Assembly (NCBI GenBank): GCA_040220235.1
Contig: JAVJTO010000157.1
Strand: one strand, 5' to 3'
Length of the DNA stretch: 64,000 nucleotides
Source: Coleofasciculus sp. B1-GNL1-01
GTDB lineage: Bacteria; Cyanobacteriota; Cyanobacteriia; Cyanobacteriales; Coleofasciculaceae
The translations under genes were made by a program, and so were the position numbers. Shown in pieces: positions 50,747 to 59,633 of this stretch (position 1 is its first letter; every line of letters begins with the position of its first letter). The notes under the pieces were generated by a model that worked only from the letters and a program-made list of their open reading frames with translations, was not told the DNA's origin and did no database searches.

Positions 50747-51823
50747 ATGAAAATTTACCTAAAATCTCCTCAAGTCACTCTCTATCACGGAGATTGCTTA
50801 GATACACTGCGCTTGCTACCTGATGATTCAGTTAATCTTATCCTTACTGATCCACCTTATCATTCGACAAAAAAAGCCAACATTACGGGTGACAAAGACT
50901 TTAAACATGACCAAGATTACCTTAACTGGTTAGACACTATAGCAGAGCAATGGCAACGGGTGTTAGCTCCCAACGGTTCCCTATACTGTTGTGCCTCTCT
51001 CAAGATGGCAGCCAGAATTGAGGTGATGTTAGCTGAACGATTTAATGTACTCGCTTCAATCACCTGGACAAAGCCCAATGCTCCAGGGTATGACGGATGG
51101 AAGCAGAAAACAAACAAGGAAAGTCTACGCAGTTGGTATTTACATTCTGAGCGGATTATTTTTGCTGAGTCAGCATCCCCAGAAGAGCCTAAACAGGCTA
51201 CTCGAAGATGCTCATCTCGCTCTGCTGCTACCACTTCATTATCCGCCTTTGGCAGCTTACTTAGAAAAACTCGCTTGGCAGCAGGACTATCTACAATTCA
51301 ACTAACAGAAGCTATTGGTGAATATGGTAGTGTAAATCACGGTGGTGCGGTATCCAATTGGGAAACTGGCAGGAATATCCCAAGTCCTGAGCAATATCAA
51401 AAACTAAAATCAGTATTTGCTAAACTCAGTTCCCAAGTTCCCGAACTGCCTGATTACGAGAAAATAATCAGACCTTTCTGTGTAACAGCTAATATCCCCT
51501 ACACGGATGTTTGGGATTTCCCTACAGTCAAACCTTATCCGGGTAAACATCCAGCGGAAAAGCCCCTAGATCTAATTACACATATTATCAAAGCCAGTTC
51601 TTATCCAGGTGACGTCGTTCTGGATTGCTTTGCTGGCTCAGGTGTTGTGGGACAAGCTGCTAAAATGTTAGGGCGTAAAGCCATTCTCGTTGAAATTGAG
51701 GAGCGTTGGTGTCACAAAATTGCTCTACGGTGTTCCGAGCCATCTGAGTTATTACCAGAAGTTAAGAAATCAGCCTTTGATTGGCAGAAAGAACCCTTAT
51801 TTCAGCTATTGAACGATGGATGA
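50747..51823 (+). CDS. Beta-class amino (N6A/N4C) DNA methyltransferase with an internal XRE-type HTH
   Basis: Motif IV TDPPY precedes HPAEKP and motif I DCFAGSG; inserted LRKTRLAAGLST...AVSNWETGRNIP. Confidence 0.9.
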   Translation: MKIYLKSPQVTLYHGDCLDTLRLLPDDSVNLILTDPPYHSTKKANITGDKDFKHDQDYLNWLDTIAEQWQRVLAPNGSLYCCASLKMAARIEVMLAERFNVLASITWTKPNAPGYDGWKQKTNKESLRSWYLHSERIIFAESASPEEPKQATRRCSSRSAATTSLSAFGSLLRKTRLAAGLSTIQLTEAIGEYGSVNHGGAVSNWETGRNIPSPEQYQKLKSVFAKLSSQVPELPDYEKIIRPFCVTANIPYTDVWDFPTVKPYPGKHPAEKPLDLITHIIKASSYPGDVVLDCFAGSGVVGQAAKMLGRKAILVEIEERWCHKIALRCSEPSELLPEVKKSAFDWQKEPLFQLLNDG

Positions 51824-51838
51824 TATAGGTAAGTAAAA

Positions 51839-52822
51839 CTATTTAATACGTTGATTGTTTCGGAGGACTTTTTCCATCCATTCTAGCGTATGTTCAACTC
51901 CCCAATCTCTTGCGGCTGCATTACAGTGGTGATGTCCCCATCCCAGGTTATAACGTCGATGGTTATATACTCCTGCTCTTAATTCCTTAACATGAAAAAG
52001 ATTGGCTGTAGTCACTGTTAAATCTGGGACATTTCTGCCTTCAGCTTGTTCAACACGAGAAGCAAGTTCTTTAGCCGAAATTCGCTCTAAACAAAGAGGA
52101 CAAACTGTACATCCATGACCATCCAGTAGCCTATTTTCCTGAAGTTTTTCCAGATTAGCCAGATCCATTTCCCGGCATTTATCCTCGATCCTCTGCTGGC
52201 ATTCTTCAAGATTCGATATGCCTTCTTGACAAGCCATATCCATAATCCCCTCTGTTCGCCAAGCCAAAAAAGATAGTTGATACTTAGTTGCTTCTATCTC
52301 TTGAGAAGAAGCATACTCATAGACGCGGATTCCTGCCCCTTGACCTCCCGTCTTTGTGCCTGTATATCCATGTCTTATCTGAGAGTCATCAGAACGGGTA
52401 GTGTCGGGTACACGAGCAATGTATTGTCCGCCAAGTGGTGGAGTTCGGGAAGTTGCTGGAGACCAATCGTACTGACTCGGAGGGTAATTATTCCAGTGAT
52501 ATCTTGTTTCATAAAGAACTAATAAATTTCTGCCAAGCTTTAGGTCGTTGGGTAAATCGGGATGAGGCTCTGGAGGATTATCAGAAAAGTAATCTTCTGG
52601 AGAAGCAAGAACGATATAACCCTTCTCGAATCCACCTTCTGGTTGAAGAAAGTTACTGTTCCAAGAACTGATTGGGATTAGGACGGTATTACATCTCTTT
52701 ACACGATTTTGGTATACAGTATCTTTTTCAGCTCCCCTTGTTTGACTGGTCTTGTAGATTTTCATCGCTATGGCTTCTGGCAGTCCAAGTTTGTAGCTTA
52801 GCTTAGTTTTTTTAGCCTTCAC
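51839..52822 (-). CDS. BstXI-family type II restriction endonuclease (HNH-like)
   Basis: KIYKTSQTRGA...YQNRV...TVLIP N-terminus and CPLC...NLFH...NLGWGHHHCN C-terminus, recalled as RE_BstXI; converges on the MTase. Confidence 0.82.
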   Translation of the reverse strand: MKAKKTKLSYKLGLPEAIAMKIYKTSQTRGAEKDTVYQNRVKRCNTVLIPISSWNSNFLQPEGGFEKGYIVLASPEDYFSDNPPEPHPDLPNDLKLGRNLLVLYETRYHWNNYPPSQYDWSPATSRTPPLGGQYIARVPDTTRSDDSQIRHGYTGTKTGGQGAGIRVYEYASSQEIEATKYQLSFLAWRTEGIMDMACQEGISNLEECQQRIEDKCREMDLANLEKLQENRLLDGHGCTVCPLCLERISAKELASRVEQAEGRNVPDLTVTTANLFHVKELRAGVYNHRRYNLGWGHHHCNAAARDWGVEHTLEWMEKVLRNNQRIK

Positions 52823-53064
52823 TCTTCTACCTCAATGCCGTAATTAGTAAAGAGAGCAGAAACAGATATATTTAGTGCTTTAGCTAGCTTTTCAATATTT
52901 TCTAATGAGGGATTGCGACTCCCCCTTTCAATACTTGAGATGTAAGTGCGGTGAAGGTCAGCTTTTTCAGCAAGTTCCTCTTGAGAAAAATCTAATTCTC
53001 GCCGACGTCGTCTTATCGCTTTGCCAAAGCGCTGTTTAATATCTGGTTTGCTATCTTGCCTCAC
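52819..53064 (-). CDS. R-M controller (C) protein, XRE HTH
   Basis: SQEELAEKADLHRTYISSIERGSRNPSLENIEKLAKAL; GTGA overlap with the REase start; likely GTG start at 53064. Confidence 0.88.
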   Translation of the reverse strand: MRQDSKPDIKQRFGKAIRRRRRELDFSQEELAEKADLHRTYISSIERGSRNPSLENIEKLAKALNISVSALFTNYGIEVEE

Positions 53065-53085
53065 AGCATAATTTTTAGGGAGCGC

Positions 53086-53133
53086 AGACAATAAGTCTAC
53101 ATACAATAAATAACTTTTTGTATACTATGAGTA
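53086..53133 (-). promoter_or_regulatory. Two C-box-like operators upstream of the C gene
   Basis: Minus strand TACT-CAT-AGTA (53133..53123) and AGACT-TAT-TGTCT (53098..53086), close to the GACT-N3-AGTC C-box. Confidence 0.65.
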
Positions 53134-53169
53134 ACAAAATGGACATAGGCGATCGCTTAATCCCCAAAA

Positions 53170-53409
53170 CTACTCCTCATCCTCATCTGACTCATCTAAA
53201 TACAGCCGAATAAACTCTTGCGCCGCCGCCGGATCAATCTTCCGCAGTGCCTTTCTGATTTCCAAAACTGTCTCAGCGGAAGGATCTTGAGTGTTTTGAT
53301 ACCAGTAGTGAACCGTTGATCGACCAATCCCCATTGTCACCGCCAATTTATTTTGGCTGATTTTGTACGTCTGCAATACCTGTCTTAGCGCTTCACCTGC
53401 TTTTCCCAT
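53170..53409 (-). CDS. XRE-family HTH transcriptional regulator
   Basis: ISQNKLAVTMGIGRSTVHYW...DP. Confidence 0.88.
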   Translation of the reverse strand: MGKAGEALRQVLQTYKISQNKLAVTMGIGRSTVHYWYQNTQDPSAETVLEIRKALRKIDPAAAQEFIRLYLDESDEDEE

Positions 53410-53446
53410 GGTTTCTATAGTGTCAGAGGCTTATGACTCAGTAAAT

Positions 53447-53499
53447 GTTCATAGTTATGAACTTTGTGCTAAACTGACTTTGTGTTCGTTTTTATGAAC
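53447..53499. promoter_or_regulatory. Two palindromic operators in a divergent promoter
   Basis: GTTCATA-GT-TATGAAC (53447..53462) and GTTCGTT-TT-TATGAAC (53484..53499). Confidence 0.65.
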
Positions 53500-53527
53500 A
53501 TAAGCCCCAAAAATTAGGACAACTCCA

Positions 53528-53779
53528 ATGACTGAAGACTTTATCCGCGATTCCTCTCCAACTCCCAATCCTGAAACCCCTGTACCATCTACGCCCCCGC
53601 CAGACAACCGACACCCTCTAAAAGTCATCGTTATCAGTTCACCCCAAGGCGTCACCCGCACCATTCATACCCTCTATCGCCTCGGCTACGCCCACGTCAG
53701 CGAGTGGAGTAAGCCCCAACCCACCCAGAATCCTGGCGAAGTGATGAGTGTTCTCTACCGCCGCCTTCGGATCGATTAA
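53528..53779 (+). CDS. Small conserved cyanobacterial hypothetical protein
   Basis: SPQGVTRTIHTLYRLGYAHVSEWSKP...GEVMSVL; AGGA upstream; divergent from the HTH gene. Confidence 0.72.
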   Translation: MTEDFIRDSSPTPNPETPVPSTPPPDNRHPLKVIVISSPQGVTRTIHTLYRLGYAHVSEWSKPQPTQNPGEVMSVLYRRLRID

Positions 53780-53859
53780 TGAACAGACTTAACCCCTAAC
53801 CTCCTTCTCAACCCGGGAAGGGGGAAAAATCAAACCCCATCGAAAACCCAAAAATAGCC

Positions 53860-54216
53860 ATGATGCGAATCCGACACCGTATTAATCCCCAAACCTTTGT
53901 CATCACTCTCAACCAAATCGCCAAATACTTGAACATTGATCCCCGGCGCATCCTCAACTGGGAAAAATGGCACAATGTTCTTTGGGTACATATCCAAGGA
54001 CGGGGCGGTTATTTTGTGAGTTATCGCCATCTCGAACAATGGATCGCCGCTTGCCGTACTCTGATCCGCTTCTGTCCAAACCTAGAAGCCCTAAACCTTC
54101 TCTGGTCATTGATTCAGCAAGAAGCCCAACGGTATACAAAACAGGTCTGGGATCGGCTTCAAGCTATGTGCCAGCAACGCTACGCCGAGTTATCTAGACG
54201 TTCAATGGTGATATAA
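53860..54216 (+). CDS. Hypothetical protein
   Basis: 118-aa ORF (WEKWHNVLWVHIQGRGGYFVSYR), same strand as the preceding gene. Confidence 0.68.
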   Translation: MMRIRHRINPQTFVITLNQIAKYLNIDPRRILNWEKWHNVLWVHIQGRGGYFVSYRHLEQWIAACRTLIRFCPNLEALNLLWSLIQQEAQRYTKQVWDRLQAMCQQRYAELSRRSMVI

Positions 54217-54875
54217 CTTCCATGAACGTGATTGTAAAAATAGCCTCAAACCCTTGTCCTGTCGTCCTACAAGGATGAACCTATAAACGATAGGGATAGG
54301 ATAGGGATATCCTTAAAGTAAAATTAGGGATTGAATAGCCAGACTTCATCACCCCTAAGGCGTATAATTGAGGTAATCGGATTAATTTTTCTTAAATATT
54401 GAATGCAGTAGTCTCGCCGTTTATCTTCATCAAACTTAGGATTTATGGCAGGGTTAAATTAGGGTAGTTTCAACGGATTTTTGGCGAAACATCACATCTC
54501 CATTGTGATGTAAATCAATTGACCCAGTGATTGAAAATACAAAGAAATACTGAATTCTTCATAACAATAGAAAATAAGCAAATGGTGGGCTAAGTCAAAA
54601 TAAGGAGCGATCGCCAAGCCAATAACCAAACAACGGCGATGTTCCAGGTCAGTGACAGCTAGGAACTAGACAGAACGTTTCCCCGTCAGGACTCAGACAT
54701 TTAGAAACTCTAGATCTGACCCAACCGACTTATTGCCCAAAATCTTCCAGCTAAGGCTGGATGTAAGGGCTGCATCTATCGTAGAGCATCAAACAAGTGC
54801 GATTATTCCCATCGATATCACTATCGATCGCGATCGCGCCCTGTGAAAGCATCTATGATAAAAAGGTTTTAGTGC

Positions 54876-57542
54876 ATGTCCGAACAATTCCGTCTGTTGC
54901 AATCTCTGATTCCGGCAATCGCCAAGGTTCCCGATCTTCACTCAGCACTGGATCTAGTGCTGCATCGCGTCTGTGAAGTGACCCATTGGGATTATGGTGA
55001 AGCATGGCTTCCGACTTCTGATTCTCGTCGTTTAACCTGTAGCCAAGCTTGGTCTGGTGATCCGTGTGATCTACAACCATGGCGACGCAGCAGAGAAACA
55101 CTAATATTTTCCCCCAATATCGGCTTACCCGGACGGGTGTGGAGATCAAAACAACCAGAGTGGATTGACCAAACCAAGGCAAATGGGATTGATCCTGATG
55201 CCGAAACTACTCTGCTTAGCGCGACGGATCAGCCGCAAGGGTTTCAAGCTGGAGGCGCGATCCCCATTCTCCTTGATGATCAGGTACTTGCTGTCTTAAC
55301 ATTTTTTACCCGCCACTCTCATCCCAGCGATCGCCAATGGATGGAATGGATCGCGGCGATCGCGATGCAGTTAGGGTTGGTGATGGAATGCCAACAGTTA
55401 ACCGAACAACTGCACCAACAACAGGAATTTAATCAAAATTTAGTCGAAACCCATGGTGGCTTTTTTGTCGCCATTGACCCCCAGGGAAAAACCCGGATGA
55501 TGAATCCTAGATTACTAGAAACGTTGGGTTATACCCTGGATGAAGTGAAAGGAACGGATTTTGTCACCACATTTATTCGAGATGTTGACCGCAAACCCTT
55601 TGCCAAATTAATCAAAACCAGTCGTGAAAACTCAGAATTAAAATCGCCCACCGTACACCAAACCGGAGTCCTGACCAAAGAGGGTCGAGAACTTTGGGTA
55701 GAATGGCGTAGCCAACAGGTTTTTAAGAAAACGGGTGAACTTGACTTCTTTTTTGCCATCGGACGGGATCAGAACGAACATTGTCTTACCCATCAAGAAA
55801 CAGCCCGTTTAGCCTCGTTTCCCCTATTGACCCCCAATCCCATTGTCGAAATTGATTTAGCAGGGCGGGTGCGTTATCTTAACCCAGAAGCCATGCGCTT
55901 GTTGCCAGAATTATTAGAGAGTGAAGCTGAACATCCATTTTTAGCAGAAATGCCCTCGATGATTCGATTGATGCAGCAGCAAAGTTCCTTGAGACGCGAG
56001 GTAAAAATTGGGGAAATTGTTTATGAACAAGTCCTGCATTACGTTCCCGAAATTGAGTGCATTCGCATTTATGCCTTAGATATTACCGATCGCAAACGAG
56101 CCGAAGAACTATTATTGTTTAATGCCTTTTACGATCGCCTCACCGGACTAGCGAACCGCGCCTTATTCATGGATCGCTTGCAGCAAGCCGGACGACGCGC
56201 CCAACCAGGTCAGGGGGAAAACCTGGATTCTGAACCCTATCGATTTGCCGTGGTGTTACTCAATCTCAATCGCTTCAAAGTGGTTAACGAAAGTTTGGGA
56301 AACCATTTGGGCGATCAATTGCTGCAAGCGTTTGGACAGCGCCTACAAGAGTGCTTGCGTCCCACGGATACTGTCGCCCGTTTGAGTGGGGATGAGTTTG
56401 CTATCCTGCTAGAAGGGATTCAGGGGGTTTGTGATGCCATTCAAGTGGCAGATGCGATTGAGCAAACCTTGACATTACCGTTTAACCTGGAAGGGCGGGA
56501 CGTGTTCATGACAACCAGCATTGGCATTGCCCTAAATACGAATCGCGATCGCCAAATTTTATCGGCTGAAGATATACTCCGTAACGCCAATACTGCCATG
56601 CATCGCGCCCGTTCCCAAGGCAAACCGGGCTATGCTATCTTTGATAACCAGATGTTAAGTCGCACGGTTGATCGATTACAGCTAGAAACAGATATGCGGC
56701 GTGCGATCGAACGGCAAGAATTTCAAGTCTATTATCAACCCATCGTCTCCCTACTCACCCATCAAATTACTGGCTTTGAAGCATTGGTACGTTGGCAACA
56801 TCCGCAACGCGGGTTAGTCTTTCCTGCCGAGTTTATTCCCATCGCCGAAGAAACTGGATTAATTATTCCGATCGGCTGGTGGATACTGCGGGAAGCTTGT
56901 CGCCAACTCAGTATTTGGCAGCAGCAATTTCAAAGTCCCCAACCGTTGACGATGAATGTCAATTTGTCCTGTAAACAGTTTACCCAACCGGATTTATTGG
57001 CGCAAATTGACCAAATATTAGAGGAAACCAATATTGCAGTTGGCAGTTTAAAGTTAGAGATTACCGAAAGTGTGGTAATCGATAATCCGGAACTGGTCAA
57101 AGACTTACTGTTGGAATTGAAAAAACGGCAAATTCACCTGTGCATTGACGACTTTGGCACTGGCTATTCTTCCTTAAGCCGCCTACATAATTTTCCGATT
57201 AGTACGCTAAAAATTGATCGCTCCTTTATCAGTCGGATTGGTGCGTTAGGTGAAAACTCAGAAATTGTTCAAGCGATTATCACCCTCGCCCGTACCATGA
57301 GTATGGATGTGGTGGCTGAGGGAATTGAGTTATTGGAACAAATTTCGCCTTTAGTGGCGTTGCAATGTCACTATGGTCAAGGATTTTTATTCTCAAAACC
57401 CGTAGACAGTGATGGCGCTAGAGAATTACTTCGAGGAAAATCGGTTCAGTTAGAACGTCAGTTTAGTCGTTCAGTGAGCGTTAAAAATGAAGTCAAAACT
57501 TCTGTATCTGTCGAGGATGAGCAAGTCCAAAAATTTTATTGA
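54876..57542 (+). CDS. GAF-PAS-PAS-GGDEF(degenerate)-EAL protein, likely c-di-GMP phosphodiesterase
   Basis: LNLNRFK and SGDEF in the GGDEF domain; EALVRW, EITES, DDFGTGYSS, KIDRSF, EGIE, QG in the EAL domain. Confidence 0.92.
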   Translation: MSEQFRLLQSLIPAIAKVPDLHSALDLVLHRVCEVTHWDYGEAWLPTSDSRRLTCSQAWSGDPCDLQPWRRSRETLIFSPNIGLPGRVWRSKQPEWIDQTKANGIDPDAETTLLSATDQPQGFQAGGAIPILLDDQVLAVLTFFTRHSHPSDRQWMEWIAAIAMQLGLVMECQQLTEQLHQQQEFNQNLVETHGGFFVAIDPQGKTRMMNPRLLETLGYTLDEVKGTDFVTTFIRDVDRKPFAKLIKTSRENSELKSPTVHQTGVLTKEGRELWVEWRSQQVFKKTGELDFFFAIGRDQNEHCLTHQETARLASFPLLTPNPIVEIDLAGRVRYLNPEAMRLLPELLESEAEHPFLAEMPSMIRLMQQQSSLRREVKIGEIVYEQVLHYVPEIECIRIYALDITDRKRAEELLLFNAFYDRLTGLANRALFMDRLQQAGRRAQPGQGENLDSEPYRFAVVLLNLNRFKVVNESLGNHLGDQLLQAFGQRLQECLRPTDTVARLSGDEFAILLEGIQGVCDAIQVADAIEQTLTLPFNLEGRDVFMTTSIGIALNTNRDRQILSAEDILRNANTAMHRARSQGKPGYAIFDNQMLSRTVDRLQLETDMRRAIERQEFQVYYQPIVSLLTHQITGFEALVRWQHPQRGLVFPAEFIPIAEETGLIIPIGWWILREACRQLSIWQQQFQSPQPLTMNVNLSCKQFTQPDLLAQIDQILEETNIAVGSLKLEITESVVIDNPELVKDLLLELKKRQIHLCIDDFGTGYSSLSRLHNFPISTLKIDRSFISRIGALGENSEIVQAIITLARTMSMDVVAEGIELLEQISPLVALQCHYGQGFLFSKPVDSDGARELLRGKSVQLERQFSRSVSVKNEVKTSVSVEDEQVQKFY

Positions 57543-57637
57543 CGTTTTCTGACATTAGCCGACATTCTATGTCCGGAATGGTATTCGTTTTATATAGCCG
57601 ATGTAGGATTAAAGTATAATCATCGATTTTTCATTCC

Positions 57638-58906
57638 ATGCTCCAAGTTAACTGGGACAAAAGCACAGGGCAAAGCATCAAAGGGAAAACAGCACTGATT
57701 TTGTTAGGCATGTTCCTACTGTCGCTGTTCTTGCCGTTGTTCCTGAGTGGAGTCGGATTGTGTCTGAGTCTCTGGGTGATTGTCCCAGCGCCTAAGTTAT
57801 GGATGTTACCTCTAGCCGTGGCTGCGCCAGAAGCCAGTCCTTGGCTGCTGGGTGTGAATGCGATCGCACTAATACTCGCTATCTTAAATTTACATGAAGG
57901 CGGGCTTGACAATTTTGCCGTAATCTGTAGCCTGATTGGTTTAATCCTCAGCCTTTTACCGTTAATCCAGTTTCCCGCCGTGAATGCACGAATGGCGGCT
58001 CAAATGCACAGGGTTCTGGGTGTAGAGGATTGGGCAACAATTACTCCAGATGCACAGACACCCATGCGTCCTCAGCCTTTTAGTTTAGCCGATGCGTTTC
58101 GGGGGATTGCAATCTGGGAGGTTCGCATTGATCGAGGGATTATATTTTCTCAACCGGATGGGGTAAACCTTAAACTCAATGTTTACCGACCGTTGACGCT
58201 TGGCAACTATCCGACGATTATTACTATATATGGGGGGGCGTGGCAAATAGGGACTCCCGATAACAATGAGACATTTAACCGCTACATGGCAAATCAGGGC
58301 TACTCTGTGATCGCGATTGATTACCGCCATGCTCCCCAGTATCACTTTCCGACTCAACTTGAGGATGTACAGGCGGCTCTATCCTATATCCAAAGCCATG
58401 CTAATGAGTTGGAAATTGATACCGAACGAATTGCTCTCATGGGGCGATCGGCAGGAGCGCAACTGGCAGCACTTGCAGCTTATCATCTAGATACGATTCC
58501 GATTCGGGCTGTGGTGAATTACTACGGACCCGTTAACCTCAACCAGGGATATTATGATTTGCCCTGTCCTGACCCCATCAACGTTCGTTCGATTCTCCAT
58601 GACTTCTTAGCCGGAACACCGGATGAAGTTCCAGAACTCTATGGGCAAGCTTCTCCTATTCGTTATATTAAATCCAATCTGCCTCCTACGTTATTGGTCT
58701 ACGCGAGTCGGGATCATATCATCAAGGCAAAGTTTGGACACCAACTCTACGAGCAATTACAAGCGGCTGGAAATTGTGCTGTTTGGTTAGAAATTCCTTG
58801 GGCTGAACATGCTTTTGATGCGGTTTTTAATGGCGTGAGTAATCAGTTGGCATTGTATTACACTGAGCGATTTTTGGCTTGGGCGTTGAAGTTGAAGTCT
58901 TCTTGA
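57638..58906 (+). CDS. Membrane-anchored alpha/beta hydrolase (esterase/lipase)
   Basis: N-terminal TMs; YGGAW, DYRHAP, GRSAG, HAFD. Confidence 0.88.
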   Translation: MLQVNWDKSTGQSIKGKTALILLGMFLLSLFLPLFLSGVGLCLSLWVIVPAPKLWMLPLAVAAPEASPWLLGVNAIALILAILNLHEGGLDNFAVICSLIGLILSLLPLIQFPAVNARMAAQMHRVLGVEDWATITPDAQTPMRPQPFSLADAFRGIAIWEVRIDRGIIFSQPDGVNLKLNVYRPLTLGNYPTIITIYGGAWQIGTPDNNETFNRYMANQGYSVIAIDYRHAPQYHFPTQLEDVQAALSYIQSHANELEIDTERIALMGRSAGAQLAALAAYHLDTIPIRAVVNYYGPVNLNQGYYDLPCPDPINVRSILHDFLAGTPDEVPELYGQASPIRYIKSNLPPTLLVYASRDHIIKAKFGHQLYEQLQAAGNCAVWLEIPWAEHAFDAVFNGVSNQLALYYTERFLAWALKLKSS

Positions 58907-58952
58907 AAATGAAGCGGGGAACTCAAGTTCCTGCTAAAAGCTCAAACCCGTT

Positions 58953-59089
58953 AAGTAGTCGGACAAAAGTTTTGGGACTGTATAAAGTTTTGTAAATATT
59001 GGTGAGTTGCCATTCTCGCTAGTATTATTACTTAAATCTAAACAGATAGTCGATTCCGGGTCAGTATTAATAATGTCCGAGCCTATTTG
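58953..59089. mobile_element. Possible degenerate MITE
   Basis: Imperfect inverted ends AAGTAGTCGGACA / TGTCCGAGCCTATTT. Confidence 0.3.
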
Positions 59090-59260
59090 TACTAAAAAAT
59101 CATTAACATTGTGACCTATGTCACTACCTAACTTGATCACAGATCACGATTTACTCTTTAGGCAAATCACAAACTATCTTTTAGGACGATCACAAAATTG
59201 ATCGAGAAAATCATTCATAATTATGACAACAAAAATGAACATTTAATATTTGTGAAGTCA

Positions 59261-59470
59261 ATGAACGTTACTCTGCCTCAGACCAATATCGAAGACTTAG
59301 TAACTAAGGTTTTAATGAATCGCTGCCTTACCCCCTCCGATCAGCAATTTTTAAAATGTGCTTTACTGTATAAAGATAGCTTAAAGGAACATGAACGAAT
59401 TCTCATTGAACGAGTGTTTTATGGGATACGACATGGATTACTGGAAATCCTTGAATCTACATCGGTTTAG
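59261..59470 (+). CDS. Small helical hypothetical protein
   Basis: IEDLVTKVL...LTPSDQQFL...IERVFYGIRHGLLEI; start uncertain (59198 or 59261). Confidence 0.62.
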   Translation: MNVTLPQTNIEDLVTKVLMNRCLTPSDQQFLKCALLYKDSLKEHERILIERVFYGIRHGLLEILESTSV

Positions 59471-59486
59471 CGATTGTTCGGGATAG

Positions 59487-59633
59487 ATAAATTCCAGAAA
59501 ATTGGGATGGGCGTGTTCCCACCGATAAAACCTTGTCCTCGAACGAAGTGAAGGAGCCGGAAGCGTAATCCGTCAAATTGCCACAAAGGAAGCCTACACC
59601 GACCCTACGGTTACAGGTGTAGGAGGATGTCAC
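59487..59633 (+). mobile_element. Remnant of an IS200/IS605 tnpB 3' end and right end
   Basis: Decayed IN(I)QKIGMGVFPPIK-RRKRNP; subterminal hairpin CCTACACC...GGTGTAGG; terminal GTCAC. Confidence 0.6.

Noticed and set aside
44385..54216. Prophage or single integrated element spanning recD2 to the HTH genes
   Set aside because: No integrase, structural genes or att repeats seen; ordinary HIP1-bearing genes lie in between.
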